From NCBI GenBank assembly GCA_001563335.1, contig LRSL01000055.1, positions 13,030 to 77,029 on the forward strand: DNA of 64,000 bases, written 5' to 3'. The stretch's first letter is position 1. Every line of letters begins with the position of its first letter. This document shows positions 21,009 to 29,399 of the stretch, piece by piece. This stretch comes from Candidatus Thorarchaeota archaeon SMTZ1-45. Its GTDB lineage: Archaea; Asgardarchaeota; Thorarchaeia; Thorarchaeales; Thorarchaeaceae. Below the pieces are notes generated by a model. That model saw only the letters and a program-made list of their open reading frames with translations. It was not told the DNA's origin and did not search any database. The position numbers were made by a program, and so were the translations under genes.

Positions 21009-21043
21009 TCTGCTGAAACTAATAGCAGAATTTTCGTTTTCTA

Positions 21044-21113
21044 CGAGAATAAACCATCCAATCTTGTATCAATTCCGAAAGATTCACACTGGTGGAACTG
21101 GCAGTCTGGCATA
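21044..21113. repeat. Intergenic repeat family B, copy 3
   Basis: Aligns with 19341-19397 with one 2-nt gap; cagtctggcata resembles cagcccgccata in copy 1. Confidence 0.7.
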
Positions 21114-21223
21114 AAAACATCCATGTCTATTCCACTTGTATATTACACAATATCTTCAACTCTTCTGATATTATTAAAAAATCTTAAAGTCAAAAAGGGG
21201 TTATACATAATTGGGGATTTGAT

Positions 21224-21832
21224 TTGGATGAAAATCAGCCTGAGCAGGTCAGGAATAGAGTAATTGAGAGTATTAAAACGCAGAGAGCAATTCTTGTGCG
21301 GCGTGTTGCAATCATACTACTGCTTCTTTATTTTGCCGTTATGGTGGATGTTGGAAGTTACGTCTACGGGACTGTCGATCATGGGTTCTATTTTACATAT
21401 CTTGGATATGACATATTCCCCATACCGTATCAATGGGCGGTCCTTCTACCTGTAATAACTGAACTGGACCCACTCAGATCATTCATCTTCTTCACTTTCA
21501 TCGGGCAAGGGATATGGATTGTCTGGGCGTTATTAGGTATCATTTACATTGTGATGCCACTTGTTCATTGGGCATACAACATCAAGAGAGAACCAGATTC
21601 GGAAATTATGCAAGTTCGATCAGATAAGGTTGAGAAAATAGGAGTCATCACAGGGATAGTTGCAGTTCTCTCGGTATATCTTTCAGTTGTAACTTTCAGG
21701 ATCAATCTCGTGAATTATGGTCTTCTGCCACTAGTATTAGTATCAAGCTTATCAATCGTGGTCATATGTTTCCTAGTAATTGAAATTTTAAATATGATTA
21801 GAAATAAGACAAGGAAAATTCCAGTCACTTAG
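21224..21832 (+). CDS. Hypothetical multi-pass membrane protein
   Basis: 202-aa ORF with about four TM segments. Confidence 0.6.
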   Translation: MDENQPEQVRNRVIESIKTQRAILVRRVAIILLLLYFAVMVDVGSYVYGTVDHGFYFTYLGYDIFPIPYQWAVLLPVITELDPLRSFIFFTFIGQGIWIVWALLGIIYIVMPLVHWAYNIKREPDSEIMQVRSDKVEKIGVITGIVAVLSVYLSVVTFRINLVNYGLLPLVLVSSLSIVVICFLVIEILNMIRNKTRKIPVT

Positions 21833-21863
21833 TGATGAATCATTTAGAAACACTAGATCAATC

Positions 21864-21970
21864 AACAATGATCTGGTTCTCTCCCATAATCATCACAAAT
21901 TGGTCTTTTAAACTAGTATCTAGTCAGAACTACTCGAACCAACGGGGAGTCAGTACAATGATTATGGACT
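21864..21970. repeat. Direct repeat family A, copy 2 (decayed duplicate of the rpl10e 5' end and promoter)
   Basis: See 14679-14787; same orientation, two single-base indels. Confidence 0.9.
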
Positions 21971-21999
21971 GTGATCTGATTGCATCTGACATTTGTAAA

Positions 22000-22512
22000 C
22001 TACATATGTCGAAGGCACACTTCGAATTGTGTTTGAAAGACAGCTGAGCCGGTATCTAAGTCAATGAAACGAAGTGCCCAAATGTATGCTCCGATAAAGC
22101 TTACACCAAAATAGCCAGTGGAGTATTCTGTGCCTGTCAAATCCCAACCGCCTCCACTACCATATCCCTCAAATGAATCTATCTTGTCAGAGTCGTTGAG
22201 TGACATAAAACTGGTTAATGTCATATGTGCATAACCAAATTCTAGTATGAAATTATCTTCATTTTTGTTATGACTAAATAAGACACCCTCAACACCAACC
22301 CCGTACTCCAGATGGTCATCATCAATAATGAACTCCCTACAGAACCATTCCCCGTTGCTTAAACTGATACTTTCTCCGGGACTCGAATATATGATCTCTC
22401 TTTGTCCCAAATACATTGGAATGATACTAGGGCCTACTAATATTAGAAATAGCACTGAGAGGACACCAATAGAAAACAAGATTCGTCTTCTTTTTGTTGT
22501 TTCTTCCACCAA
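22000..22512 (-). CDS. Hypothetical protein with N-terminal membrane anchor
   Basis: KRRR followed by a TM helix, then a beta-rich domain. Confidence 0.6.
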   Translation of the reverse strand: MVEETTKRRRILFSIGVLSVLFLILVGPSIIPMYLGQREIIYSSPGESISLSNGEWFCREFIIDDDHLEYGVGVEGVLFSHNKNEDNFILEFGYAHMTLTSFMSLNDSDKIDSFEGYGSGGGWDLTGTEYSTGYFGVSFIGAYIWALRFIDLDTGSAVFQTQFEVCLRHM

Positions 22513-22596
22513 GATTCATCCTCTGGGTTTCTTATCTTCACTGATTTTTGTAAAATTCGTTCTACTGGATAAATAGCTTTCAAAACTTATGTACTC

Positions 22597-22626
22597 TTGT
22601 CCAGGTCTTGTCCAAGACTTGGACAA
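22597..22626. promoter_or_regulatory. Nested palindrome, candidate transcription-factor operator between divergent genes
   Basis: TTGTCCAGGTCTTG-TC-CAAGACTTGGACAA (13/14 inverted match), containing the perfect TTGTCCAAG-A-CTTGGACAA. Confidence 0.45.
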
Positions 22627-22740
22627 TCTCTTCATAATAGATGTTATTTGTGATCATGCATAATGACGTCAAATGAGTAGTCGTGTTTGAAACGAGATAG
22701 AAGATATTGCTTAAGAACAAAAGATGGTTATCGTTGATAC

Positions 22741-23133
22741 ATGAAAGAAGAGCTCATAGCACCCTGTGGCATGAACTGTGCAATATGTGTTGCATACTTT
22801 GGATATAGAATGGATGGAGGCAGGAGAAAGACTGCATGTAGTGGTTGTAGAATTAAGAACAAGGATTGTGCCTTTGTCAAAAAGCAATGTGAACTTCTTT
22901 CCAAACACCAGATTGAGTATTGTTTCGAGTGCGATCACTTTCCTTGTGAGCAGTTAAAGAAACTTGACAAGCGCTACAGAATTAGATTCAATATGAGCAG
23001 TATTGAGAACTTGGAGAACATAAGAGATAATGGAGTTAGAAAGTTCCTCAAACAGCAAAGGACAAGATACAGATGTCCTGAATGCGGTGGCACTATATGT
23101 GTTCACACCAACAGATGCTATAGTTGCTCTTGA
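22741..23133 (+). CDS. DUF3795-family Cys-rich protein
   Basis: APCGMNCAIC, CSGCR, CFECDHFPC, C-terminal CPECGG...CYSC. Confidence 0.85.
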   Translation: MKEELIAPCGMNCAICVAYFGYRMDGGRRKTACSGCRIKNKDCAFVKKQCELLSKHQIEYCFECDHFPCEQLKKLDKRYRIRFNMSSIENLENIRDNGVRKFLKQQRTRYRCPECGGTICVHTNRCYSCS

Positions 23134-23189
23134 AATCAAGAGATTGAAAAGGAGTACTGATACAAGATATAGAGAAGGAGTATTGAATT

Positions 23190-23408
23190 ATGGGAAAGAA
23201 AGGAGTTGCAGCTGGTGTTCTGACCTTCCTTGTAGGGTTGGTGTTAGTCATAGATGACCTCCACGACTTTGTCGCAGGGACTGATTTTCTTCACTTCCTG
23301 CCAGACTTTGACCCCTATATCATCTTTGGATTCCAGCTACACCATCTCTACATTGGTATTGTATTAATCCTGATTGGACTAGCCATTGCCATGAAGTATG
23401 ATGAGTAG
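23190..23408 (+). CDS. Small hypothetical membrane protein
   Basis: Two TM segments, QLHHLYIG motif, GGAG upstream of the ATG. Confidence 0.65.
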   Translation: MGKKGVAAGVLTFLVGLVLVIDDLHDFVAGTDFLHFLPDFDPYIIFGFQLHHLYIGIVLILIGLAIAMKYDE

Positions 23409-23420
23409 CGCACTTGAAGT

Positions 23421-23825
23421 CTACTTCTCACTCTTCACACGAGGCTCAGCGACGACCTGAATTGGATTACCCTCAGGGTCCTTCAGATTGAAGTAGGAAA
23501 CCATGTCAGGAATATCCATGATGTCAGATGTGTCTAGACCTTTACTTTCGAGGTATGTCTTGCAAGCATCGAGATCATCAACATCCAAAGTAAGAGTTCC
23601 TGAACCTTGACGATGTTCACCATCGCGAATGAGGTTGATACCAAGCTTGGCGCCCCTTGCAGGGAGTGCAAACTCAGCCCAACCGACTTCAGCACCTCCG
23701 TCCCAGGTTATGTCAAAACCCATGATTTCAGAGTAGAACTTTTTCGCACGATCAAAGTCCTTCACTTGATATTGAAAATATACGGATCCTTCTTTGTAGG
23801 GCATTGGCCATTTCTTATCGCTCAT
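23421..23825 (-). CDS. VOC/glyoxalase-family protein
   Basis: VKDFDRAKKFYSEIMGF, LDVDDLD, LKDPEGNPIQ; start trimmed to 23825. Confidence 0.88.
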   Translation of the reverse strand: MSDKKWPMPYKEGSVYFQYQVKDFDRAKKFYSEIMGFDITWDGGAEVGWAEFALPARGAKLGINLIRDGEHRQGSGTLTLDVDDLDACKTYLESKGLDTSDIMDIPDMVSYFNLKDPEGNPIQVVAEPRVKSEK

Positions 23826-23883
23826 AACAATCATGCTATTCAGGTATAATTGTGATTTAACTATTGTGAACACAGTAGAGGTT

Positions 23884-24819
23884 CTATAAACCTTGAAGGC
23901 ATGCGATTGCAATCAATGGGAAAAGGATAGTTGCATCACCAATAACGGTCTCAAAGTTCGCTTCTGTCTGTACTTTTTGCCAGGATATCCCCTCATCAAG
24001 GGGTGCACCACCAAGACTACCACCCTCAGGTCGGTCAAGTGTGATTTGAACAGCCATGTCGAGACCCCCCCTAAGAATAGTAGAACCCATGGTGAAGTGC
24101 TTTGTGAGACCTCCTCCAAGCATGATGGCTCCGGTTTTTTTCTGTTCTGTCACAATTTTACCAAGAATTCTGAGATCCTTCACAAAGTCAAGGGCAAGAT
24201 TCTTGGTTGTGCTGTAAGTATAGAGATGAAATCCTAACATGGAGTCCATGAGACCGGGAGAGAATATCGGAATATTATGAAGAGCAGCCTGTTTGACGAT
24301 GGAGTTGTCATCTTCGATTGTCATGCCAAGTTCAGTAAGAAATTCACTTGGAGCAAGAGTTGTCAGTTTCTCATCAGAGAGTCTGTCGAGGAATCCATAG
24401 ATACCCTTCTCGAAGAGCTCAAAGTCCTTTTCGTGCACGAAAATGTCTGCTATTCGTCCCATTCCAGCCTCGCGAAGTTCAACATCATCCTTTGAGGGCG
24501 GAACTCTGAAGTGGCTGCCTCCATATGCCTCGACAAGATCATGTACAATGTTTGCGCCACTTGTGACGATAGCTTGGATGAAACCCTTCTCAACAAGATG
24601 ACGAACAATGTTTCGTAGACCTCCTGGAACCATAGGTCCAGACATAGAGAGGAATGTAAAGCAGTCCGTGTCGTCAAACATGCGCTTTGTAATTTCAGCA
24701 GCTCTTCCCAGTCTTCCTGCTCCAAGAACACCCACCTTTTCCATGGCTTTGAGATAATCAGGGATTTCCTTGATCTTAGTAGGGTCTACATGGTTGACCT
24801 TGTCCAAATCAGTCACCAA
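23884..24819 (-). CDS. dys: Deoxyhypusine synthase
   Basis: SGPMVPGGLR, TSGANIVHD, LGGGLTKH, GSLGGA..DEGISWQK with the catalytic Lys. Confidence 0.92.
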   Translation of the reverse strand: MVTDLDKVNHVDPTKIKEIPDYLKAMEKVGVLGAGRLGRAAEITKRMFDDTDCFTFLSMSGPMVPGGLRNIVRHLVEKGFIQAIVTSGANIVHDLVEAYGGSHFRVPPSKDDVELREAGMGRIADIFVHEKDFELFEKGIYGFLDRLSDEKLTTLAPSEFLTELGMTIEDDNSIVKQAALHNIPIFSPGLMDSMLGFHLYTYSTTKNLALDFVKDLRILGKIVTEQKKTGAIMLGGGLTKHFTMGSTILRGGLDMAVQITLDRPEGGSLGGAPLDEGISWQKVQTEANFETVIGDATILFPLIAIACLQGL

Positions 24820-25069
24820 GAGCGAACCATGAGCTTGCTGAGATAAGTCATTCTGTTGAGATGAAATGAAAGAAACGAGCCCAGGCCATATTCCGGGAGG
24901 GCAGGACCTGGACTCACAAATCCAGAACGAATTCTAAATATATTATGACAGGAACAATGTTCAGGTTTGTTTCGACTCTAGATACTGTTTGACGAATTGT
25001 TGTAGAGTGGGGAGGCTTCCGAAAGTAATCATTAGAAGCGTACTTCAATACGTTTAAACGCTAAGACCC

Positions 25070-25717
25070 ATGGCTTGTCTTATGCAGCTAAGTCCCTATA
25101 GCACTCTCCCCCTAGTAATCATTGTTCATGCACTATTTATGCAAGGAGTGTGGCTCTTCTTAGGTCGTCGAGCTCGGGACATATATCTTGGAGACATTAT
25201 GCACTTTCGAAAGCCATCATCAGTGCTCTCAAGATACTACGATTGGCGTGTCACGAAATTCCTTAATGCGCTGATTGAGGGCATTGTGTTCTTAGTCATT
25301 CTGCTTGCTTCGTTAATATTGATATCAATAATACTGGTTGACTTTGCTGCGTTTATAGATGCAATTCTCTATGTCTTGTTTGTGATGTTCCTCTCCTTCT
25401 TGAGCTCTATCCAAATGGCATGGCGTGTCAAAGAGATCAATCAGCGAGAGAACGAATTGAGGTCTTCAATTAGTTCATCCACGGATAAGATTGGCGTAGC
25501 AAGAGAAATGATTGAGAATCTAATTGTCCAGGGACCTATGGGGGATGGGAGAATCTGGTTTGCTCTATACAGACTGGCTCAAAAGCCAAACCAGGTTGGA
25601 TGGGCAATTAGGGATGTACTTTTTGAGAAGGCGAAAGAGTTGAGGGCAATGGATCAATATTCAACTAGGGAATATAATTCAGCCACACGTGACAAAGGAC
25701 CAGGAATAGAATCTTGA
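25070..25717 (+). CDS. Hypothetical membrane protein
   Basis: Three TM segments and a soluble helical C-terminus. Confidence 0.65.
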   Translation: MACLMQLSPYSTLPLVIIVHALFMQGVWLFLGRRARDIYLGDIMHFRKPSSVLSRYYDWRVTKFLNALIEGIVFLVILLASLILISIILVDFAAFIDAILYVLFVMFLSFLSSIQMAWRVKEINQRENELRSSISSSTDKIGVAREMIENLIVQGPMGDGRIWFALYRLAQKPNQVGWAIRDVLFEKAKELRAMDQYSTREYNSATRDKGPGIES

Positions 25718-25797
25718 ACCAGGGCTAAAGGCTATTCAGTAAGTCTTATATCCGATTCCAAAGGCGTTCACGAGAATCCCATTAGGAGGAACTCCAT

Positions 25798-26082
25798 ATG
25801 TCAAAGAGTGACGTTCTAAAAGGCCGTAGAGGCGTTGTCACAAGTTATCGTAGGGGAAAGCACCTACAGCATCCAAATCAAGTGATTCTGCTATTCAATG
25901 AGATCAAGACCAGATCCGAGGCTTCAACACTTGTTGGTCGTAGGGTGAAGTGGATCTCGTCTGAGGAGAAGGAGTTCCTAGGCAAGGTGCTTGGTCCACA
26001 TGGAAACAGTGGGGCAGTTCGTGCTAAATTCCGGACAAATCTACCCGGGCAAGCTATTGGAACCCCAGTTGTCCTATTATAG
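25798..26082 (+). CDS. rpl35ae: 50S ribosomal protein eL33 (L35Ae)
   Basis: SYRRGKH, GKVLGPHGNSGAVRAKF..NLPGQAIG. Confidence 0.96.
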   Translation: MSKSDVLKGRRGVVTSYRRGKHLQHPNQVILLFNEIKTRSEASTLVGRRVKWISSEEKEFLGKVLGPHGNSGAVRAKFRTNLPGQAIGTPVVLL

Positions 26083-26123
26083 ACAATCACGAACTTTTAT
26101 CTAGCTAGCAGAGGATGCCTAAT

Positions 26124-26197
26124 TGGCTCCGATGATGCAACTGGCTATCTGAGGGCAGAGATGCCCAGCGACGATTCATAGTTAGACTGAGGAGCCA
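26124..26197 (+). ncRNA. C/D-box methylation guide sRNA
   Basis: 7-bp terminal stem TGGCTCC/GGAGCCA; box C ATGATGc (26132); box D' CTGA (26149); internal hairpin GGGCA-GAGA-TGCCC; box C' gCGACGA (26168); box D CTGA (26187); two 11-12 nt guides. Confidence 0.8.
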
Positions 26198-26238
26198 CAT
26201 CTTGAACACATTTGTCTGCTTATGGTTGGAGAAATATT

Positions 26239-26817
26239 ATGCTTGAGTTGTTGCTGTATTTCACTGCATACTTTCTTGCAGGGCTCTCACTCAAGCTAGG
26301 AGATGACCTACTGGATGAGCTTGATAGGTCTCAACTGGCCATGATTCCTTTGTCTATTGCGGGACTTCTATTTGGCCTACTCATGACAATCTCAGAGTGG
26401 GACTTGGTTCTACTGACCAGCATAGTGATTGGTGTCTTAGTTTCAGGGAAAGTGAATAATCCCCAATTCATTGTGGGGTTTGTGTTAATCTTCGGAACTT
26501 TGCTAGTGGTTGGAGTTCCAGTTGTTACAGACTGGTTAGAGTGGATGACTTTACTCATCATTCTCTTCATGGCAGCAGTCCTTGATGAGAAAGGAAATGA
26601 TTGGGCAGATAAGGAGAAATCACCATTGGCCTTCAAAATGTTCGAGTATAGATTCGTGCTCAAGATAGTTGTGCTTGGCCTTGTGATACCTTGGCCAATG
26701 TTTCTTTTAGCAGCAATTGGACTTTGGATCTTTGATCTTGGGTATGAATCTGCTGGGTGGCTAATAAAAGGATTATCAAGCAAGAGTCTTGTAAGCAAGA
26801 CTACAACAGACATCTAG
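26239..26817 (+). CDS. Conserved archaeal multi-pass membrane protein
   Basis: KLGDDLLD, GKVNN, AAVLDEKGND, FEYRF, FDLGYE motifs; about six TM segments. Confidence 0.7.
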   Translation: MLELLLYFTAYFLAGLSLKLGDDLLDELDRSQLAMIPLSIAGLLFGLLMTISEWDLVLLTSIVIGVLVSGKVNNPQFIVGFVLIFGTLLVVGVPVVTDWLEWMTLLIILFMAAVLDEKGNDWADKEKSPLAFKMFEYRFVLKIVVLGLVIPWPMFLLAAIGLWIFDLGYESAGWLIKGLSSKSLVSKTTTDI

Positions 26818-27783
26818 AAAAACAGGATCTAGTCCCTTTTCTCGGGCGAAGTCTACCCCTTCTTGACTTATCAGAGCAATTCCATTTACACCACTCAGAA
26901 TCGCATATCGGTCGGTCTCAATTTTGTGTTTTCCCATTGGTCGAGCACATCCCAAGAGAAGTGGAACTTCTTTCATTCCTAATCTTGCAATGGTGATTAT
27001 GCGTCCAATGTCCTCAGGAGCTGGTGGGTTGATGTCTTGCATTGGTGTCTTCCTCAAGGGACTCAACGCAATAATTACAACTGCAGCTGGATTGCCTTGG
27101 GCAATCATATCCAAAGCTTCAATCTCACCAGTCAGTCTTCCATAATCGAGACCTACGAGTACATGAGGCACAGTTGGTATACCAAGATCCTCAAGGATGT
27201 CAAGTGAACGTCGCATCTTCTTTGGTCCATCTTTAATGTGATAGACCTCCCTTGAAACACGCTCACTGCCAATGACATCAAGCATTGCTGCGTCAATCTG
27301 GGCCTCTGCTAAACCTCGAGCTGTTTTTTTACTAACAAGACCAGTATGCACTACAATCTCGAGGTCTAATTCAGATTTCACCCTTTGAATTGAGTCAGTG
27401 AATCGCTCCAGAGGGACGTATCCCTTTGAGTCAGACCCGCCACTAATCAATACACCTTCTCCACCCAACTTTTTGATTTCTTGGCACCTATCAAACAGAC
27501 TCTCAGGAGTGAACGTGGACTCCATTCCCTTCAAAAGCCGTCCATCACAATGTTCACATTTGAGAGAACATGATGTGCCTGTCACACTGAGTGATGCAAA
27601 GTTCTGGGAGCTTACTTGAACATGGTCTTTGATCTCATATGGATATGCTGTTGGGCTATAGCATAGAAGGTCATGATCATAGATAATTAATCGCTGATCA
27701 AATCCTTCTTTCATTAACTCCTTAAGCTCATTGGATGATGCTTGTAGGACTGCATATCCTTCATTGATTATATCAAAGCTCAC
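26776..27783 (-). CDS. Radical SAM protein, LipS1-like archaeal lipoyl synthase subunit
   Basis: SVTGTSCSLKCEHC, LISGGSD, GCAR and C-terminal CC motifs described for LipS1. Confidence 0.75.
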   Translation of the reverse strand: MSFDIINEGYAVLQASSNELKELMKEGFDQRLIIYDHDLLCYSPTAYPYEIKDHVQVSSQNFASLSVTGTSCSLKCEHCDGRLLKGMESTFTPESLFDRCQEIKKLGGEGVLISGGSDSKGYVPLERFTDSIQRVKSELDLEIVVHTGLVSKKTARGLAEAQIDAAMLDVIGSERVSREVYHIKDGPKKMRRSLDILEDLGIPTVPHVLVGLDYGRLTGEIEALDMIAQGNPAAVVIIALSPLRKTPMQDINPPAPEDIGRIITIARLGMKEVPLLLGCARPMGKHKIETDRYAILSGVNGIALISQEGVDFAREKGLDPVFLDVCCSLAYKTLA

Positions 27784-27911
27784 AGGAGTACCTCGTGATT
27801 TCTGAGTATACCTAGGTTTTTAGAATTGTTATGTATGCTAAAGAGTAACAAACAAGTACATCTTGAGTTTCTTTTGGACTCATCTCCAAACTTGATGGCA
27901 GGTGGCATACT

Positions 27912-29351
27912 GTGTCTACTGTGCAAACAGATTCAATCAATCTCTTCTTTAATGCAAAAAGCGTAGCTATCTATGGTGCTTCTGCAAGTCAGAACAGTGT
28001 GGGTCAAGCAATAGTTCAGAACTTTATCAAGCCACAATACACGGGGAAGGTCTATGGGGTCAATCCAAAATATACACAGGTCCTAGGTATTCCCTGTTTT
28101 CCTACACTCCAAGATATAGAGGCACCAATAGATTTAGTCGTTGTAGCGGTACCCGCCAGAATTACACCAAGGGTCTTTGAAGATATTGCAGCCAAGGGGT
28201 CCAAGGCGGTTATTGTGATATCAGGAGGATTCTCAGAGACTGGTCCCAAAGGAGCAGAGATTGAGGATGAGATTGTTGCAATAGCTAGGAAGAGTGGAAT
28301 TCGAATAATAGGTCCAAACTGCGTGGGAGTTGTGGATACACACAGTCACATTGACACATTCTTCTTACCTGAGTATCGATGTGGGCGTCCAAAACCCAGT
28401 AATGTGGCAAATATCTCTCTTGTATCTCAGTCAGGAGCGTTTGCCGCTGCAATATCTGACTGGACTGCTGAGCTTGGTCTGGGGATAAGCAAGCTCATCA
28501 GCTTGGGAAACAAGAGCGACATTGATGATGATGATCTTCTTTGCTATCTTGGAGATGACTCTACAACCCAAGTCATATGTTATTACACAGAAGGCTATGA
28601 TGAGGACAAAGGTCGTACGTTCTTTGACACAGCAAAGACTGTGACTCCACGCAAGCCAGTTCTCGTTGTAAAATCAGGAAGAGGAAAGAGAGCTAAGGCA
28701 GCTTCAATGTCACACACAGGGTCTCTTGCTGGGTCTGATAATATCACTGATGCAGCCTACAAACAAGCTGGAATAATTCGGGCAAATAACTTTGAACATA
28801 TGTTTGACATGGCTAAAGCGCTAGCTATGCAACCAGCAGCGAAAGGCGACAGGGTTCTAATGGTCACTAATGGGGGTGGTCTTGGTGTAATGACCACTGA
28901 TGCTCTTGAAGCATTAGGGCTTAACATACCAAGTCCCTCAGCTGAACTTGTGAAGAAGTTCAACGAGAAATTACCTGCGTATTGCGCAGTGGGTAATCCA
29001 ATCGATGTGGTTGGGGATGCAAACTCAGGTAGGTATAATGTGGTACTTGAAGAGGCAATTGCGAGTGGCGAATATGACATCTTCGTGGTAGGCATGTTAC
29101 TGCAGACACCTAGTCTGGACATGGATGTTACCAATGTGATTTCAAACCATCAGCGTTCATCAGGACTTCCATTTGTTGTTGTTTCCATGGGAGGAGGATT
29201 CACAACAAAAGCAGGTGAGATAATGGCGCTGATGGGAGTTCCGACCTACCCAACAGGTGAGAAGGCAGCTCTTGCTGTGAAGGCTCTCGCGCAATATGGA
29301 GAGATCAGGTATGGTGCCAAGTTCAGCAAAACAATGGTGTCGGACAAATGA
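27912..29351 (+). CDS. acdA: Acetate/acyl-CoA ligase (ADP-forming) alpha subunit
   Basis: CoA-binding domain, IIGPNCVG, SQSGA, SHTGSLAG phospho-His, TNGGG, NPIDVVGDA. Confidence 0.92.
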   Translation: MSTVQTDSINLFFNAKSVAIYGASASQNSVGQAIVQNFIKPQYTGKVYGVNPKYTQVLGIPCFPTLQDIEAPIDLVVVAVPARITPRVFEDIAAKGSKAVIVISGGFSETGPKGAEIEDEIVAIARKSGIRIIGPNCVGVVDTHSHIDTFFLPEYRCGRPKPSNVANISLVSQSGAFAAAISDWTAELGLGISKLISLGNKSDIDDDDLLCYLGDDSTTQVICYYTEGYDEDKGRTFFDTAKTVTPRKPVLVVKSGRGKRAKAASMSHTGSLAGSDNITDAAYKQAGIIRANNFEHMFDMAKALAMQPAAKGDRVLMVTNGGGLGVMTTDALEALGLNIPSPSAELVKKFNEKLPAYCAVGNPIDVVGDANSGRYNVVLEEAIASGEYDIFVVGMLLQTPSLDMDVTNVISNHQRSSGLPFVVVSMGGGFTTKAGEIMALMGVPTYPTGEKAALAVKALAQYGEIRYGAKFSKTMVSDK

Positions 29352-29399
29352 TATAATAGGATGGACAAATCAGCAACAAGAGAGAGGTCTGAGTCATAG

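Noticed and set aside
21832-22047. 71-aa ORF
   Set aside because: It is the antisense reading of the duplicated rpl10e start and promoter
24877-24915. Imperfect GC-rich hairpin GAGCCCAGGCC...GACCTGGACTC between divergent genes
   Set aside because: Two mismatches, and no associated ORF or recognisable RNA family; function cannot be supported
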